From: Nymphaea colorata
Lineage: Eukaryota
DNA: 64,000 bases
Assembly: GCF_008831285.2 (NCBI RefSeq)
Contig: NC_045138.2
Coordinates: forward strand, 26,846,001-26,910,000
Direction: 5' to 3'
Part shown: piece after piece, positions 15,201 through 27,591 of the stretch
Layout of the letters: each line of letters opens with the position of its first letter
How positions within the stretch are numbered: the first letter of the stretch is position 1
Made by a program: the position numbers and the translations under genes
Notes under the pieces: model-generated
The model's database searches: none
What the model was told of the DNA's origin: nothing
What the model saw: the letters and a program-made list of their open reading frames with translations, nothing else

Positions 15201-17378
15201 TGCAAATTTTGATTCTGATCAGTCTTATTAGTCTTTGATGTATTAGTCTTTTAGACATAGCCAAGCAAGGGTTGGCTCAATGGTATTTGAACCCAGATGC
15301 CCTTGGTGGAGGTGGAAAGGCTATAGTTGGTCCTGCCTACCTTATGTACTCCCAGGTTTTTCTACTTTATACGAGTTCGCATCAGAATTTGGTCATCTTC
15401 TGATCACTGAATATTTTTTGTTTATTGATTTTGATCAAATTGTATGCATTTTATGTCAACCGTTTGACCATGTTGATGAGCTGGTGAAACTAGTTGGCAC
15501 CTAGAAGAAGGCTCTTCATACAGTAAAACCTGGTTCGCATAAGCATGCATTCTTAAGCATCATCCCACAAGAAAAGAAGGAAAATTTATCAAAGTGGAAA
15601 ACAAGACAGTGAGATATCTAAGGCAAAGAAAACAATTTCATTAAAAATATTTTGGCAAGTACATAATCTCTGTATGGATGTGTACCACTTTCTCAAGTGG
15701 ATATCTCTTTTCTTGACATTTTGGTTGGTATGGTGGAACAATTCATAGCTGCATCCTTGTTGCTGCTGCGATTTGTTTCTGAGTTTATGCTCGAGCTTCT
15801 GCTTAATTAATGTGATATATGCATGTTCCAGGTTCCACCAAACAATGTCCTGATCACACCTGTCCAGTGCAAATCTTTGTGGAGGCAATTTAAAGTAGAA
15901 ACAGAATATGCTGTCAGTCAGGCAATTGCTGCACAGGCATGCTCCTTACACTGGCACTTGTCTTCATCTCTTATATGTGCCGTTTAGCTATATTCTTCTG
16001 TTAAATGTGGGTATCTTGGTTAGCTGGCGATGTATTGCAGTATACATTGAGCTATGTAAAATCTTCTGAAGTTATTGGTCTTGAGACTGCATGTGTATCT
16101 GACTAGTCCAGTCTGCCTGCTTTTTCTTTTTGTTAGTTTTTTTTTGTTGCAAAATAAGAAAAAAAAAAGAAGGAAATTTCAGCTAAGTATGCCAAGTTCA
16201 AATTTCCTAACTATGAAGTTGCTTGTCCTTTTGCATTGCAGCTATGGTGGTTCTTCCTTGTAGGTCTAGTGACATTGAGGCAATACTTGTACTGAATTCA
16301 CGCAAATGGTAGTAGGTGGTAGACTGTTAATTGTTAAATGCTAGTCATGCCTTATACTAGATATATTTTTCATGCTAGAGTCAGCTTGTTATGTTGGGGG
16401 AAAGAGCTTGGGCTGATTGCTGTTGGCTTCAACAGCCTTATGTTTGAGATAGTTAAATTACATGCCAATTCATTGCATGCTCTCGCTAGAAAATGGCACA
16501 GCTGTGATTTGATAAATTACTTTCAGATACTGCAGTTTGTGCACCCATTCTTGTATAACGTTGTTCAGCACTAAGAATGAAAAAGCAGAAGCTTTTTATT
16601 CTTTTCCTATAAAATGTGGCGCTTCTAAAGCAAATGTTTTGCTAACGATGAGGAAATTTTAGTAGACCTACTCGTTCTTGTTCTGCTCTTTTTATAAACA
16701 TTAAACAGGTTTGTTTGACAAATTAAATTTGCCTGATTTCTTTCAGGAAGCTAGCAGACGAAACAACAACTGGTTGCCACCTCCATGGGCAATTGTTGCG
16801 CTAGTTGTCTTGGGATTCAATGAATTCATGACACTTCTTAGGTGACTGCCATTTATGGATCTCTTTTTCTTCTCATCTTTTTCTCTTCTCAAAGAAGCAG
16901 TCTTTTCAATGGAATGACTTCCTTGTGTAAACAGGAACCCGTTGTACCTGGGTGTCATTTTCGTAGCATTCTTGCTTGGCAAAGCTCTTTGGGTCCAACT
17001 AGATATATCTGGGGAATTTCGTAATGGCGCTGTGAGTATTGGTTCTTATGTGCCGTGACTGCTTTTCACTTGCACGTGGGTTTTTCCTTTATAACATAGC
17101 ACTTAATTTCTTGGATTCAGCTTCCTGGACTACTTTCTCTCTCTACAAAATTTCTTCCTACTATAATGAACCTTTTGAAGAGACTTGCTGAAGAGGGTCA
17201 GATGCCAGCATCTTCAGAGCCTCCAAGAAATCCTGGACTAGACTCCCAGAGTTTCAGTAATGGTTTAAACAAGGACTCGATCTCAAATTCATCATCAACT
17301 GTTTCATCAGCAGAAAGTGGGACGGAGCATGCGAGTTCTTTGAGACAAAGACATGTTCCAGTTGATGGGAGCTCTTAA
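6298..17378 (+). CDS. RHD3: ROOT HAIR DEFECTIVE 3 (atlastin/Sey1-like ER-fusion GTPase), 818 aa
   Basis: 22 coding exons assembled by hand: 6298-6445, 7042-7108, 7215-7317, 8381-8451, 8536-8599, 8671-8736, 8820-8867, 8943-9005, 9103-9159, 9363-9521, 9638-9706, 9803-9894, 10564-10642, 12847-13012, 13879-14003, 14198-14460, 14544-14640, 14751-14915, 15832-15936, 16747-16841, 16935-17031, 17121-17378. They total 2457 nt with an open frame. Motifs: P-loop [53 protein letters not shown] and the C-terminal TM hairpin [19 protein letters not shown]. All introns are GT-AG except 15937-16746 (GC-AG). Confidence 0.96.
11604..12063. repeat. Near-perfect 229-bp tandem duplication inside RHD3 intron 13
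   Basis: 11604-11832 is repeated at 11833-~12061. The copies differ by two substitutions (cagggct/caggcct, ggtatga/ggtttga) and in the (TA)n(CA)n tract. Confidence 0.95.
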
Positions 17379-19543
17379 GTTCTTGGGCTTGAATTGTCGG
17401 AGTAGCTTATACCAGAAGCGGACCATCTTCACCACATTGCTTTTATTGTTGCTGCTATGTGGGTGAACCTTAATGCGTTTGTGGCCGGAGTTGTAATTTT
17501 GATCTTGCAGATTGCCATATCTTGTGAGGATTCATTTATCCGTTGTCAGGGTGGGACAAGTCTGTGATATAGTTGTGGAATATCTTTCCCCATTGCATGA
17601 TTTGAATGTATTATTTTACATATAGTCACCTTTTTGGTAATGTAAGCGGTTGGAAAACTTTTCTCACAGAGTTACTATATCAAGTACAATTTTCTTGAGT
17701 TTTGATCATTATGTTCGAAGCTACAAAAGCTTGCTTGTCTGTAATCTTCCTTTATGTAAGTTTGGGCAGTTTTTTAGTGTTGCCTCAAGCATGCAAAAGA
17801 TGAAGCAGTCTTAAGAGAGAAAACTCTTGAAACGAGCAAAAAAAGAGTCTGCTCTTCTGAACAACCAAGTGTCCAAACAGGTTGTATATTCCGAACATGT
17901 ATTTCTTTATATAAAGAATTCCAGGTGACAAAGCCATGGCATACGTTGGTAATCGCTTGCTGATTGGAGGTCACGACATCTATGACTTTCAATGACTAGC
18001 CAACCCAGTCTCTCTTGGGGAGGTTCTCGGATAAAGCAGAGGATGGTGAGAAAAGCCTGCTGACCATGGAAAGCAGGTCCTTTCAAAGAGATTGATGCTC
18101 TTCTTTTTTTATTGCCGCATACTCATCTTGTGTCTGTCGAAAACAATTTACAAAACCTCTTCAAACACGGTTACTATTGAGACGATTCAAGATGTGAAGC
18201 TAGCTTAGATACGCAAGAAAAACCAGGTGGTTACCGCATAAAAGCTTGACATGTTTGCAAATTGTTGTAATCTGTGTGGAAATTTAGTGCACGTTTAGGT
18301 CTGCCCTTTTGTTTCTCCTCGTTATAGTTAAAACAAACTTTTCCCCTTATAAGCCAACATTTTTTTTCTAGAGGTACCCAAAAAGAAGTTGATTTTGACG
18401 GTGACAATGATGGATCTAAGACGAGGAGGATTACATGTATCAGCCTTCAAAAGGAAATGATATTGCGTTTGGTGAAACAGGAGATATGATTAGGCATCTA
18501 AATGCAATGCAAATTGTTTATGAAACTCAATACCAAATTTGGTCTCCAATTTTATCATTGGTGGATCATAAGGAGGAAAGGGACCTGAATCGCTAATTTC
18601 AAAATGGAGTATACATATTAGGTAGGCTTATATAGTGGAGTCTAATATAGGCGGACAACCTAACGGACCTACTCCCAAATTTTGGAAAGACCATCAGTTA
18701 GAATTGGAACGGATGCCAAACCTGCTGACACACTTAAATTAAATTAATGACGCCAGTTGACTGAAAGAGATGCGTCATACATCTAATTTTCCCAAATAAT
18801 TAAGGTTGCCAATTGGCCTCTGAACTAAGAAAACAATTTTCTATATTGTCATGTTTTTTCCATGCATAGAAAATGTCAGAATAACAAGACAAACACGCTT
18901 TTGCGATGGCGAAGCCGCAATGGACGAAGCATGTGACGAGGAACACCAAAAACGCTGGTACTAATGACGTCACATGCCATCTACCAGTCTTCCAGTTGAA
19001 GGGTCGAAGCAGGATCCGAAATGCATGCTTTTGAACACACAGAATCTGGATATGAACACAAAGGCAAGTGGTGCCCAATGAGGCAGTGTTTGAGTTGAAG
19101 TGGACATAGATTTTAGGATGTAGCAGTTAGCAAGGACAATTGAACTCTGATTTGAGATTGATCAAATAAGAAATGCACTTTTACCTTTATTATTTTAAGA
19201 CACATTAACTGGTGTGTGCTTTGGAGGTTCTTCACTGTTGAAAATGTATCAAGGATTGGGAGTTAAGAATAAAGAAATATCTTGTGGGCAGAGATCCAAC
19301 ATCAAGCTTAGCAGCCACAGGACAGTCATGAGTTATGACAGCACATACCATAAGAAAGTCTAATTTGTAGGGCCTACTACAATGATGGACACAATAGAAA
19401 AGGATAGCACAAGGGCCAAGGTCATTTACTGACCAACGATTCTCCTTTCCCATTAAAAGGTAACTAGCCTCTGATCCATCAGACTCCCCTAAACCCGCCG
19501 CCCCACCTCTCTCCGTCTGTCTGGCTCTCTCTCTCACAGAGAC

Positions 19544-20791
19544 ATGGCTGCAGTTTCAGAACCTTCATGGCAGGAACTGCAAGGAAGCAAGAACTGGGAA
19601 GGCCTTCTTGAGCCTCTTCATCCTCAGCTCCGGACCTTGATCATCAGATGTGGTGATTTCTGCCAGGCAACCTATGACACATTCATCAACGACCAGAATT
19701 CTAAGTACTGTGGCTGCAGCCGCTATGGCAAGAAATCCTTCTTTGAGAAGGTGGCCATGTTTCCGACCGGCGTGCAGCCGGACTACGCCGTCCACAGCTT
19801 CCTCTACGCCACGGCCAAGGTCGACGTGCCGGATTCCTTCATCGTCAAATCCATGTCACGCGAGGCGTGGAGCCGGGAGTCCAATTGGATCGGCTACGTC
19901 GCGGTGTCGACGGACTCGGCCGCTCAAGCTCAAGGCCGGCGCGATGTGCTCGTCGCCTGGCGAGGTACGACTAGGAACCTTGAATGGATAGATGTCTTTA
20001 ACCCAACTCAAGAATCCATTTCCGGCCTACTCCACACCCAAGAAAAACCAGGGCATTTTTATGATGTTCTCTTGGGCAAGAGCTCCCCAAAGGTCATGGA
20101 TGGGTGGGTCACAATTTACACAAGCGACGACTCAAAATCCCCCTTCACAAAAACAAGTGCCAGGGTGCAGCTCTTCACATTCATACAGGAAATAGTAGAG
20201 AAGTACCAAGATGAAGAATTGAGCATTACCCTTGTTGGGCACAGCCTAGGTGCCTCCTTAGCAATCTTGAGTGGCTTTGATATTGTGGAGAATGGGCTAA
20301 CCAGGAGAGAGGGCAGAGACCCAATTCCTGTTGCAGCGTTTGTTTTTGGATCCCCAATGGTTGGGAACAAAGAGTTCTGTGAAAGATTTGAGAAACTTCC
20401 CAACCTCAAAGTGTTGCATGTCAGGAACGAGATTGATTTGATTCCCCATTACCCTGGGAAGGCCTTGGGCTATCAATGGACTGGCGTGGAGCTTATGATT
20501 GACACAAGGAAATCACCATACCTGAAGGACTCCAAGAACCCCAGTGACTGGCATAACCTGCAGACAATGCTGCATGTGGTAGCAGGATGGCAGGGGAAGA
20601 ATCAGGAGTTCAAGCTGCAGCTTAAGAGGAGCATTGCTCTGGTGAACAAATCGTGCGAGTTCTTGAAGGACGAGTGCCTGGTTCCTGGATCATGGTGGGT
20701 GGAGAAGAACAAGGGGATGGTTCAGGATGAAAGTGGTGAGTGGGTCATGACTCCACTGGCGGATGACGATGTCCCCACACCTGAATATTAG
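19544..20791 (+). CDS. Phospholipase A1 class II (PLA1-II delta-like, lipase class 3), 415 aa, intronless
   Basis: Single ORF with the N-terminal W.ELQGSKNWEGLLEPL, CGDFCQATYD, RESNWIGYVAVS, VAWRGT, the lipase box VGHSLGA, FGSPMVGN, DWHNL and the C-terminal WWVEKNKGM typical of plant PLA1-II. No obvious transit peptide. Confidence 0.93.
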   Translation: MAAVSEPSWQELQGSKNWEGLLEPLHPQLRTLIIRCGDFCQATYDTFINDQNSKYCGCSRYGKKSFFEKVAMFPTGVQPDYAVHSFLYATAKVDVPDSFIVKSMSREAWSRESNWIGYVAVSTDSAAQAQGRRDVLVAWRGTTRNLEWIDVFNPTQESISGLLHTQEKPGHFYDVLLGKSSPKVMDGWVTIYTSDDSKSPFTKTSARVQLFTFIQEIVEKYQDEELSITLVGHSLGASLAILSGFDIVENGLTRREGRDPIPVAAFVFGSPMVGNKEFCERFEKLPNLKVLHVRNEIDLIPHYPGKALGYQWTGVELMIDTRKSPYLKDSKNPSDWHNLQTMLHVVAGWQGKNQEFKLQLKRSIALVNKSCEFLKDECLVPGSWWVEKNKGMVQDESGEWVMTPLADDDVPTPEY

Positions 20792-23027
20792 GTGTGGCTG
20801 TAACCGTGTCGGGTGAAGTCCTTGTTGAAAATTTTATTTACTTTGTTTAAATAAAATTTGTTTCTATTTTGTCATGCTACTGCATATGATATGATAGTGG
20901 TGTCGGTTCCCGATTCTTCATGTCCAAAATCAATGGATGTATGCTAAATTTTGATTGTCGCCAAGAGTAGTTATGCATTGACTGGTGTTAAGATGTCTAT
21001 TCTTTTCTGTTAATAGAAGTAGGAGGCTTAGTCGTCCACAGGTTGGTTTCATATTGGTGCAAGTTGTCAAGAATAATGTAAGTGGTCATCTAGCAAGAGT
21101 GATGACGTTCACCCATTGGTGTGTTTGATCGTATTCTTTTATGGGAAGTTCACGGAAAAGGGTGGAGGAGAGTGCGGGAAGGAACAGGGTAATCCGGGAA
21201 ATTGTTTCGCTTATTCTGGAAAATGAAGGTAAAATATTGAGTGAGAGACCTGGAGTTTCGCAGTTCTTACGGATTTTACTTTTTGAAATCTAATGGAGAA
21301 AGCAGAGCAGTTACCAATTGTTCCTCCGTTTCAGCAGGGAAATAAGCATGGGGAATCTGAACAGAAGAATCAGAGGGTGAACTGGCAACAGCGTTTTAAG
21401 ATAACAAATTTCACTCTCATGGAAGATCAATTCCAGGCTGTTTCATAATTGAATTTTGTCTTACCTTCATGACTTCTTGTTGGGGGCTCATGCATATGAA
21501 CCCCCGTCCCCCTCCCGTCTCTCAATTGAGCTCTCTTTTTTCTTCCCATCTCTGTGGATGCTAGCGCATATTGATCCTGCCCTTTCTCTCTCTCTTAAGT
21601 CACTGGGGCAGGTTTACTGCCCAAAAACCTTTTACCTCTAGGTAAGTCATATTGGATTCTCGAATGTGATGAAGGTCGCAATTAAAAGAAGGTGAAAATA
21701 TCCGAAAGGATTTCTTCCTCTTTGTACATTGCAATTGAAGAAAGGTGAAAGGATCCGAAAGGATTTCTCTTCCTTACCAATTGTTCCTCCGTTTCAGCCC
21801 CTTGAAAAGATCTGTGTAGCGTCTGAGGTGATCAGGTTGAAGGAATACAATGGAGAAGGTGTATGTTTGGAGCAGAAAGTTATCCTTTGTACAAGAAGGG
21901 TTTCTCCCCTTCTACAAGAAGCCACTTGCCGAGATCTGTGAGACTCGTCTTCCGGGCCAACTGGAGGTTTCCCTCCAACTCCCTTGTGGCGTCTCTATGT
22001 AAGAAACCATTGATAATACATTTGCTACACATAGATTGCTCCAGGGAAGATGATGATATATCTAGACTTCAAGCTTTTCCGACAGAAGGTGGGGAGCACG
22101 ATGACAGTGCTTCCGAAGTCTTTCTTTTACACCTAAGAACAAGCACCAAAATCTTGTCGCGATGGATAAACTTCAAGCTTGATCAGAATGATCTCAGCCT
22201 GTCAGTATGGCCGAAGGTGAAGCATGTCCACAGAAGGAGGACGAACGTGAAATCTCCATTATTGAGAAGCTTGGAGGCATTCTCAAGATGGGATACCACT
22301 GTTGGTCGAGAGCTTCTTCGGATGATTCTGTCTCATGAACGAATGCTTTTCCATACAAGTTCCGCATAAGCATAGGATGAATCCTGTCTACTCCTATGCT
22401 TTCTATACTGGTTGTAATCAAGCATTCATGGCGATTAGTGGGCGGCATTTCCTTGCTCGTTCGCTCTACCTTCTGCATATTCATCTCACTAACCGATCCC
22501 AAAGGTTCTTGGATAACCCATCTTTGTAAATCAAGCATAAAAGCAAAAGTTTTGGATAACATCATCATCTAGACGATCAAACTACAACTAATTGATCCAC
22601 CCACCAGAAATTAGTCTTAAGAGAAACCACCCAGGCACCTACCACAATTAGTCTTAAGAGAATACTTCGATTGTCATGGATCTTACGCCTGGATTTCTCC
22701 GCGGAGCCATCAAATTTGACCAAAGTTTCAAGTTACACTTGAAAACACTCTGAGGCACATCGTAAAGTAATGATTTCTAGTTTTAGTTGACAATCAGTAG
22801 GCAAGTTTGTCATGGAAGTCAGATAACAGAGAATGCTTGCTTTCTGGTATTTGTTCATTACTGAATTTCGCCAAGGGAGATCATGCGTTTCAAATTCAAC
22901 CGTGCCTCCTTTTGTTTGTAAGCTTGAAGCTGATTGTGCTCTCTCGGACAAGAGAAACGAGAGACCGTGAGGGTTTTTGAAGCTGAACGCCAGCAAAAAT
23001 GCATTTGGCAATGGTGGATTTTCCCAC

Positions 23028-23209
23028 TTGACTTAGCCACAAGAAAAATGCATTATTGGACTAACCTCCACGATTGGAAGGCATATTACCCAGTCGGACT
23101 GGCTGGCCTATGAAAGTTTGACTTAGTCGCAAGGAAATGCATTATTGTACTACCTCTATGATTGATTGAAACAAATATTGCCCAGTTGGACTTGTAGGCA
23201 TGTAAAAGT
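23028..23209. repeat. Diverged ~90-bp tandem repeat (2 copies)
   Basis: ttgacttagccacaagaaaaatgcattattggact...cccagtcggact is followed by ttgacttagtcgcaaggaaatgcattattgtact...cccagttggact. Confidence 0.8.
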
Positions 23210-26200
23210 CCAGTTGTCAGTTTGATTCTTATGGGTGCTACTTTTCTGAATTACAAATGGTAAGTAAGTGACACTCTAGTTAACAGGTATCCTGCTTCCC
23301 ACCCACGTCCAAAAGTAGTTGTGAACCCTCAAAATAGGAAGAAAATGGGAAGGGCATTGGCCTCTTCAGGGCACCTGCCCCACCCGGCCTCTTCTCAAAC
23401 ATTGATCTAAAGCAACATCTTCCCTTCTAGTTCCCTGCTCACCACCTATGACACAGACTGTGCTGTGGGCTTTGTGGAACACAGACTCCTCTAATAATGG
23501 GCCACGGCAACTTAGTAACAAGTACTTTTCTTTTGAATTTTATCGATTTTGTGCTTAAAGAGGAGTATTCTTCCAATTGTTTGCCACTTCTTGTTCGTCA
23601 TTCGAATGCAATCTGCTTCGCTGTGGGAATCCCAAGTATGAAATTGAAGCTGGGTTTTGCTTGTAATCTGAATTTCCAACTTAGCAATCAGAGAAAAAGA
23701 AAAGAGGGAAGGAAAAAGCCATGATCGATGGACGGAGTTCGATGGTTTCGAGCTTGGTTCTAATCACACGATCAGGATGGTCGTAACAGGTAAAAGCCAG
23801 CCTGGGGCTCGCCATGATCATGAGATCTGATATAAGAGGAAAAAGGGAAAGAGAAACTGGTGATTTTCATTCATTCGTCATACCTATTGTCTGATATTCG
23901 ACCTTAATTCAACTCAAAACAAGTTGAACTTAAAAAAAAAATCTAGATTCAACCAACTGATAATCAGATACCCATATGGTCTAGGCCCTTCTACCAAACT
24001 CAACAGTCTGATTTCTGAATCCTTATTACATTGAAGCTCGATTTAGAAGATCACATCATTACCAAACGAAACCCCTCATTCCATATGATCCAACGGCTAG
24101 GGGTTCTTAAAATTAACCACAAAGGGTAAAAAAAAAAAATTCCACCGTGCCAATTGGGAAGTAAAATCTCTTTCACACATTGGTGTTTTTATACATCAAT
24201 CTGAGATACTAATCTCAGGAGATTTTATTTTATTTTACCATATCAGGTGGGCCTATAGTGACTTACATGTTTCAGAGATCTGGGCTCTCCATGCTCCTAA
24301 AACAAAGGGCAAATAGTACATAAAACTGGAGCATTAAATTCACAGTATAAAAGCCCGAGTACCAGACCAAGGGGTTGAATTTAAGTCCTTCAATTTAAAC
24401 GAGAGCAAGAGTTCAGCACTGCTGGTGCATCCCCATAAGCATAGTTTGGTAGAAATCTGGCAACTAGAACTCATGCGTGACTAATGTTATTTCTAAACTT
24501 GTGTTGGTAGATCCAAAGGCCATTTGCTAGTCGTATCCAGTGCCCTACTTTCCTAACTGCCACCTCCAATCCAGTTGAAGATTAGTAGCAGGGATCCCTG
24601 GTTTTATGTCCCTTATATGTAGTTAGTAGCTACCCAAGTGCCCCAAAGTTTGAAACCAGAATTCAGATATTAAAGAAGTTCAAATGCAGATCTCAAATAT
24701 CAGAGAGCTGTGAAATCAAGATCTTAGATCTCAGGACCTAAGCTGACATGGGGCCTAACAGTGTAGCGTACGTTCCATGGCAAAGATCTGATCATCTTCA
24801 GGCGTAAGATCTGCATGAGACACTTACACTTAGAGGGCGTTTGATTACTTCGGATTTGAAATCTATGGATATGACATGAATGTGGTAAAATCTATAGTTC
24901 ATCAAACTAAGGATCGCAAGTCAAATGTAAGATCTACACTCAAAATTCTCATTTTTCCACTCTGCATTGAAAAAATAAGATTTTCAAATCCTGAGGATGT
25001 TAAATCTGTTCTATGGATATGCCATATCTACCACCATCGGCATCATGACCATCACAGCATTGGCATCATGTAATGTTGGTAGCCTTGTTTTGAGTAAGAA
25101 GTCGGCATCATCCTCACGAAGATGTTGCGCGTCATCCTTTGATCAGCATCCAGATGAACATCATGCATACATACAAGTTATCACCATCTCTCACTTTTTC
25201 CCGTTCCTCTTCGACCCTCTGAGGTGAGGCTGAATGGTTGGTAAATATGTTCTAGAGAAATTTACGATTAATTGCTTAATGTTTGATATATTTACAGATA
25301 ACCACCTAACTCTTGAAAAAAATGTATATATATAAAAACTGCATTATTTTATGAAATAGTTCACAAACACATGCTTCATGAATGAAAACTATTAAAACAT
25401 ACTCGAAAATATTATTTTTACTATTTCTATAAAGGATGATTTCTTCCAAACAAGAAATTTTACAGGCTACATTTTAAAGTAAAATTTTCTAGAATTTCAC
25501 ATCTCCCTCTCTCTCTGTCGTGGAGAAACTACAAAGAATGTAAATCATAAAAGCCTTCTAACTAAATGGTCGTATTGATGCATTCTAATACATTTAATTT
25601 ACGAATCATGTGCTTGTAATTATTTTGTAATATTGGGCACTTATTTGTAATATCACAAATGTTAACCAGTTATGCGTAAACATGTCAAAAGTTGAGTAGT
25701 TGTTTATAAATTTCTCTATCTTTTCATAATCCAGGACGTGACACACCTAAGATCCTCTATTAGATAAACTACAATTTTCAATCTTCTCATGTGATTCGGC
25801 CAGAAAGGCACATAGTAGGTACTGATACATTAGCAAATCTAAGATAATCATTGGCTTGAACCAAATGATCACTTTTTTGCGATGCAATTTGAATTATAAC
25901 TTCGCTTGACTATGCAATTCAACTTTGCTAGTGCAAGAATTTCGCATAAGTTTTGGTGCAAATATATGTTTGATAGTGCCCTTTAAATTATACAAACAGT
26001 AGGGTAAATTTTTCATAAAAATTTGAATAATTTGGGAAACGTGTGCCCCATGTTGTTCTAGATAAATACTTGAATATCTTGATCCAGCAGATACTTGAGC
26101 CCCTTGAAAATGAGGGTTCTAATGCGGATCCACATTGAATTTGTTTATAAATGCTGATTCAGATCTGACCCGAATCCGAATTTGACCTATTTACAATCAG

Positions 26201-27591
26201 ATCCGGGAACTCATATATGGAGGCTGCTTTTTTTATCCGGTTTTCCATTTTTTTTTACTTTCCTTTTATAAAAGGAAAAGGAATTGAATCTAACCTTTCT
26301 CTGATTTTGCCAGTGAAAAATGATCTTGCAATTTCACGGGATTTTCAATGCGGGTATTTTAACGTTTTTTTGAATAAAAAATTATCGAGTAAAATGTGGG
26401 GGCCTCGGGCTATGGTCAAAAACTCTGTTCAGTTTCACGTTAAGATCGAGGGTTTGACCTTATTATATATGAATTCTTTTTGCAACGGGAACGCTGGCTT
26501 ATAACGATATTTCAAAATGGTGTTCCTTTTGCACACATTTTCAAATTAGTTCCTACTTGCTACTTAGCTTTTTCAGAACGAAAACAACAGGAGGCCACCG
26601 ACTGTAATGGCATGTTTGGCAGAATGAAGGCTCAGCAAGGTGGAGGAAGTATTTTGAAGAGGTCAAAGTATTTGCGAAGAAGCTAGTATAAATAATGGAC
26701 ATGAAGATAATTATACAATTCTATAATATGTTTAAAAAACTCATTCTTTCATTCAATCTGATGATGATGAGATGGTACTCATTCTAATTTATTTTCTAAA
26801 ACCACCACATATTTTTTAGCTTTCATGAAGTAAAATAATATGATGTTTCATCCAATAAAATTTGTCGCGTTGCACTATATAGTTTTTTAATTACACTCAT
26901 GTTTTTTTTTAACTATCTGATTGCCTGATCGAGTAGCTAAAATTAAAGCAGAACATCCAATTACTCTTCATCTAACAAACTAGCTATAAAGTTTTTAAGA
27001 TGAAACATTCCTTCTACTTACTTGAACTATAGAGCTCTCATGTTAGTTCTAATCTAAAATCAGGAATAAAGTGAAATTCACTGTTGAAGCAAACAGTGCA
27101 TTTTACAGTTGCATGTTTGATATAAAGAGCATGGATCTCAAGAAGAACTTTATAGATTTGTGATGCTTTTGGATCTTTTATAGGAAACTATCAAACATAG
27201 CCTTAGAATGGATCAAAATTTGTAAGAAATTGGATTTCGAACTTACAAAAGAGAGTAGTAAGAAGACCTTAAAACCATGCCCGTCCTGTTTAGAAGAGAG
27301 GCAAAGGTTGTGTGCTTCTAGAATTGTCAAAAAGAAAAGTTCATCATATGGAAAATCATAGAAGAATGGAGGGTTTTCTGAAATTAACGGTTAAAATGTC
27401 TGCCTCAAGCTGTCCAATATTGAGATCGGACTCCAAAAGATTTATAATAACTGCTCTAATTCTCATCTTACTCTCCCTCGTTACGAAGCAAGCGAGCAAG
27501 GTTGGTCACAAGAAAGAGAAGCAGAGGGTTTCTCCGTCTCTGTTCCCCTCTCTCTCTCTCTCCTTTCTCTCTCTCCCCGCGTCCACCGACG

